NCBI GenBank assembly: GCA_020724425.1
Contig: DYGY01000009.1
Span: forward strand, 1,240 to 65,239
DNA from: Thermaerobacter marianensis
GTDB taxonomy: Bacteria > Bacillota > Sulfobacillia > DVGY01
Length of the DNA stretch: 64,000 nt
Direction of reading: 5' to 3'
Both the position numbers and the translations under genes were made by a program. Below, piece by piece: positions 59,055-64,000 of the stretch (position 1 is its first letter; the number at the start of each line of letters is the position of its first letter). Below the pieces are notes generated by a model. It saw nothing but the letters and a program-made list of their open reading frames with translations, made no database searches and was not told the DNA's origin.

Positions 59055-60132
59055 TCCGACAAAGAGACATGACTTTGTGTTGTTGTTCGATGTGACTAAC
59101 GGTAATCCTAATGGAGATCCGGATGCGGGTAATATGCCACGTATTGACCCAGAAACCAGCCATGGTTTTGTTACTGATGTGGCTCTAAAGAGAAAGATCA
59201 GAGATTATGCTGTACTGGCTCACGATAAGGAGATATTTATTCAAAGCAAGATGGCTTTAAATAGTCTATATTATCAGACCATGCATGAAGAGGGTTTTGC
59301 TTTGCCTGAAGCCAGTATTGATAATGTTAGATTTCTAGAATGGCTAGCAGACAAGCAGTTATCTCTGTTTAGAGTTGATCTAGAAAATAGAAGGGTTGTT
59401 TATCTTGACCAAGCAAAAGAAAAACAGATTGTTAAGAATCTTGTAGAAGAGGTTGGGGTTATTCCTGAAGAGTATGAGGCTATAGTGAAACAGATGATAG
59501 ATATGTTGGCAAAATTGGAAGAAAAGAACAACATATCGGCTAAAGATCGTGATCAGATTAAGGATGCAATGGTTAGGCGCTATTATGACATTCGGATGTT
59601 TGGTGCTGTGTTAACTGCTGGAACCAATGCTGGTCAGGTTCGTGGTCCACTGCAGATTACCTTTGCTCGTTCTGTATCTCCCATTTTGCCAATGGATATC
59701 AGTATAACTAGAATCGCAATTACCAGAGAGGAAGATAAGAGAAACAAGAAGACCGAAATGGGCCGAAAAGCCATTATTCCTTATGGCCTATACCGTGCAC
59801 ATGGGTTTTATAATCCGAAACTAGCTGAACTTCTAACTAGATCTGGTAATCCGGTGACTCGTGAGGACCTTGAGGTAATATGGAAGGCACTTCAAAATAT
59901 GTTTGATTATGATCGTTCTGCTGCTCGTGGTGAGATGGTCTTTCGTGGATTATATGTCTTTAGCCATGATGATGAAAAAGGGTTGGGTAATGCTAACGCT
60001 CATAAGTTATTTGATTGTATCAAAATTGATCAAATAACAACAGATGTTCCACCTCGTTCAATCAATGACTATCGCATCATGATTAATGATGACAACCTGC
60101 CCACAGGTATTACACTAACAGAGTTCTCTTAA
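59038..60132 (+). CDS. cas7: Cas7, subtype I-C (Csd2)
   Basis: Position after cas8c. DVTNGNPNGDPD and glycine-rich loop motifs typical of Csd2/Cas7. Confidence 0.8.
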   Translation: MEMYLDPTKRHDFVLLFDVTNGNPNGDPDAGNMPRIDPETSHGFVTDVALKRKIRDYAVLAHDKEIFIQSKMALNSLYYQTMHEEGFALPEASIDNVRFLEWLADKQLSLFRVDLENRRVVYLDQAKEKQIVKNLVEEVGVIPEEYEAIVKQMIDMLAKLEEKNNISAKDRDQIKDAMVRRYYDIRMFGAVLTAGTNAGQVRGPLQITFARSVSPILPMDISITRIAITREEDKRNKKTEMGRKAIIPYGLYRAHGFYNPKLAELLTRSGNPVTREDLEVIWKALQNMFDYDRSAARGEMVFRGLYVFSHDDEKGLGNANAHKLFDCIKIDQITTDVPPRSINDYRIMINDDNLPTGITLTEFS

Positions 60133-60137
60133 GACTC

Positions 60138-60827
60138 ATGTTTAGTGATGATGAGTTAGTACCCATATCTGCTCTTCAACATTTAGTCTTTTGTGAACGC
60201 CAGTGGGCTCTTATTCATCTTGAACAAGTATGGTTTGAGAATATCTTAACCACCCAAGGTAAAATACTTCATGAACGGGTAGATGAAGCAGAGCGAGAGG
60301 TTCGTGGTGATGTTATTATCGTACGTAGTCTGCAAATACGATCATTGCAGTTAGGCCTGATTGGTAAGGCTGATGTAGTGGAATTTCATGAAACTAAAGA
60401 TCGTCGTGATGCAATAAGGTTTAAGGATCAACCGGGCTGGTGGATACCTTTTCCTGTAGAGTATAAGAGAGGGAAACCCAAAATAGATGAAAGCGACAAA
60501 GTGCAACTGTGTGCTCAAGCCTTATGTTTAGAGGAGATGCTTAGTATCAATGTACATGAGGGTGCTTTGTTCTATGGCACCCCTCATCGGCGGAGTATTG
60601 TGCAGTTTGATCAAGGTTTGCGTTCGAATACGAAGCAGTATATTGATAAACTTCATGAAATGACTGAGGCTCAGATGACTCCACCGGCATCCTATAGAAA
60701 ACGGTGTACTAATTGCTCTTTACAAGACTATTGTTTACCTAAAACAACTGATGGGCAAAATAGCGCCCAAGCCTATATTGACAGTCTCTTAGCTGATTTA
60801 GGAAGAAAGCGAGATGATTCTGTGTGA
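60138..60827 (+). CDS. cas4: Cas4 (RecB-like nuclease with 4Fe-4S Cys cluster)
   Basis: N-terminal C (LQHLVFCERQ), nuclease motifs, C-terminal C..C.....C cluster (RCTNCSLQDYC). Confidence 0.85.
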   Translation: MFSDDELVPISALQHLVFCERQWALIHLEQVWFENILTTQGKILHERVDEAEREVRGDVIIVRSLQIRSLQLGLIGKADVVEFHETKDRRDAIRFKDQPGWWIPFPVEYKRGKPKIDESDKVQLCAQALCLEEMLSINVHEGALFYGTPHRRSIVQFDQGLRSNTKQYIDKLHEMTEAQMTPPASYRKRCTNCSLQDYCLPKTTDGQNSAQAYIDSLLADLGRKRDDSV

Positions 60828-61855
60828 AACATCTTCTTAATACACTCTATGTTACTACGCAAGGAGCTTACCTTTCTAAAGAGGGCGAAACTGTCTGTGT
60901 ATATCTCGATAAAGAGCTTAAGTTACGAGTCCCTATTCACACTCTAAGTAGTATAGTCTGTTTTGGACAGGTTACTTCTAGCCCTTTTCTAATGGGATTT
61001 TGTGGTGAACGGAATGTAGCTATCTCGTACTTAACGGAAAGCGGACGTTTTCTTGCCCGTGTTCAGGGGCCTGTGTCTGGTAATGTTTTGTTACGGCGAA
61101 AGCAGTATCGTAAGGCAGATGATCCAGAAGAGAGTGCTAATCTAGCCCAATCAATGATATTAGGTAAAATTGTTAATTCTAGGACCGTATTGATGAGAAC
61201 CTTAAGAGACAATCCATCACTGTCAGGAACAGATGAAATTGAGTCAGCTGTTCATAGATTAGCTCAGATTGCAGACAAACAGAAAATGAGGCACTCATTA
61301 GATTGGGCTAGAGGTGCAGAAGGTGATGCAGCTAAGATCTATTTCTCGGTATTTGACCATATGATCATTGCACAAAAAGAAGACTTCTATTTTCGTGGTC
61401 GCTCTAGAAGACCACCAACTGATAACATGAACGCTTTGCTATCTTTTCTGTATACACTTCTTACTCACGATGTAGCTTCTGCACTGGAAGGCGTTGGTTT
61501 AGATCCTGCCGTAGGCTTTTTGCATAGGGATAGGCCAGGAAGGCCTAGTCTTGCTCTTGATATGATGGAAGAGCTTAGACCTGTCTTAGCAGACCGCTTA
61601 GCTTTGACTCTGGTAAATCGTCGGCAAGTACATGGTAAAGGATTTAATACTCGAGAATCGGGTGCTGTTATGATGGATGATGTCACTAGAAAAGAGGTCT
61701 TAGTAGCTTATCAATCTAGGAAACGTGATGAGATTACTCATCCATTCCTCAATGAGAAGGTTTCTTTTGGTCTAGTACCACACATTCAAGCCCTATTATT
61801 AGCTCGTTATCTTAGGGGAGATCTTGACGCTTATCCTCCATTTCGCTGGAAATGA
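60824..61855 (+). CDS. cas1: Cas1 integrase
   Basis: 343 aa. Conserved Cas1 acidic residues. Sits between cas4 and cas2. Confidence 0.85.
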   Translation: MKHLLNTLYVTTQGAYLSKEGETVCVYLDKELKLRVPIHTLSSIVCFGQVTSSPFLMGFCGERNVAISYLTESGRFLARVQGPVSGNVLLRRKQYRKADDPEESANLAQSMILGKIVNSRTVLMRTLRDNPSLSGTDEIESAVHRLAQIADKQKMRHSLDWARGAEGDAAKIYFSVFDHMIIAQKEDFYFRGRSRRPPTDNMNALLSFLYTLLTHDVASALEGVGLDPAVGFLHRDRPGRPSLALDMMEELRPVLADRLALTLVNRRQVHGKGFNTRESGAVMMDDVTRKEVLVAYQSRKRDEITHPFLNEKVSFGLVPHIQALLLARYLRGDLDAYPPFRWK

Positions 61856-61865
61856 GGTGACTCAT

Positions 61866-62156
61866 ATGATGGTATTAGTTACTTATGATGTTGAGACAGC
61901 GACTAAAGAAGGAAGAAGACGATTAAGAAAAGTTGCTAAGGAGTGCCAGAACGTAGGTCAACGAGTGCAAAACTCAGTGTTTGAATGTCTAGTGGATCCA
62001 GCCCAATTCGAGGAACTCAAGCATACCTTGATTAAGATAATAGATAAAGATAAGGACAGCCTTAGATTCTATTATTTAGGAGCCAACTGGAAGAGAAGAG
62101 TTGATCATATTGGTGCTAAACCAACTTATGATCCAGAGGGTTTCTTGCAGGTATGA
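61866..62156 (+). CDS. cas2: Cas2
   Basis: 96 aa, MMVLVTYDV... N-terminus. ATG 61866 is 5 nt after GAGGTGA; the ORF track used the upstream TTG 61824. Confidence 0.85.
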   Translation: MMVLVTYDVETATKEGRRRLRKVAKECQNVGQRVQNSVFECLVDPAQFEELKHTLIKIIDKDKDSLRFYYLGANWKRRVDHIGAKPTYDPEGFLQV

Positions 62157-62328
62157 TTTTGCGCGAACCCAAAGTGACCATGAGTTCCTTGTGGCATTCG
62201 CGATGTTAATGTACAAGGAATTAATGAACGATTATCCTTAGATAGTCTACATTTCGGAGCCTGTGATGAGTATGTTCGCGAATACGAACATTGAAATGCT
62301 TAGTCTTTGTGGGTTTGGAATGTATACA
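62157..62328 (+). promoter_or_regulatory. CRISPR leader
   Basis: 172-bp AT-rich non-coding stretch between the cas2 stop and the first repeat. Confidence 0.7.

Positions 62329-64000
<1,672 letters not shown>

Overview
This 64-kb window looks like a low-GC (about 38-40%) Firmicutes-type chromosome from a spore-former: it has an alpha/beta-type SASP gene and a phosphosulfolactate synthase homolog. From 5' to 3' it contains: a partial bioY-like gene; a ComA-like sulfolactate synthase and an MFS transporter; a BMP-family nucleoside-type ABC operon (lipoprotein SBP, dual ATPase, two permeases); a second MFS gene; a methyltransferase and ychF; and an SOS-type mutagenesis cassette (imuB-like Y-family pseudo-polymerase plus ~1000-aa DnaE2-like Pol III alpha) preceded by a sigma-A promoter overlapped by two Cheo/LexA-like boxes. 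After an HhH-GPD glycosylase gene there is a hypothetical gene plus rubredoxin pair whose 3' part is duplicated about 5 kb downstream, bracketing a block of secreted proteins (TolB-like beta-propeller lipoprotein, beta-helix protein). Next is a GC-richer ~10.6-kb decayed integrated element (about 24.4-35.0 kb) with a frameshifted large serine recombinase, a frameshifted P4-type primase, an iteron-like origin, and a complete type I R-M system. That R-M system has an XRE-HTH gene overlapping hsdR, hsdM, and an hsdS containing a perfect 690-bp internal tandem duplication, plus a DUF4145 gene. Downstream lie trmL; an inactive and an active carbon-nitrogen hydrolase pair with a glycosidase-like gene and a 2-hydroxyacid dehydrogenase; and a six-gene operon ending in a DUF1257/DUF2997/AAA+ ATPase module of unknown function. 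Then come a GlpA-like FAD dehydrogenase next to an alkyl-DHAP-synthase-like FAD oxidase, an ABC-2 exporter, and a complete type I-C CRISPR-Cas locus (cas3-cas5-cas8c-cas7-cas4-cas1-cas2) with a leader and an array of at least 26 repeats of 32 bp running to the window end. All calls come from reading the translations and DNA by eye; no database search was possible.
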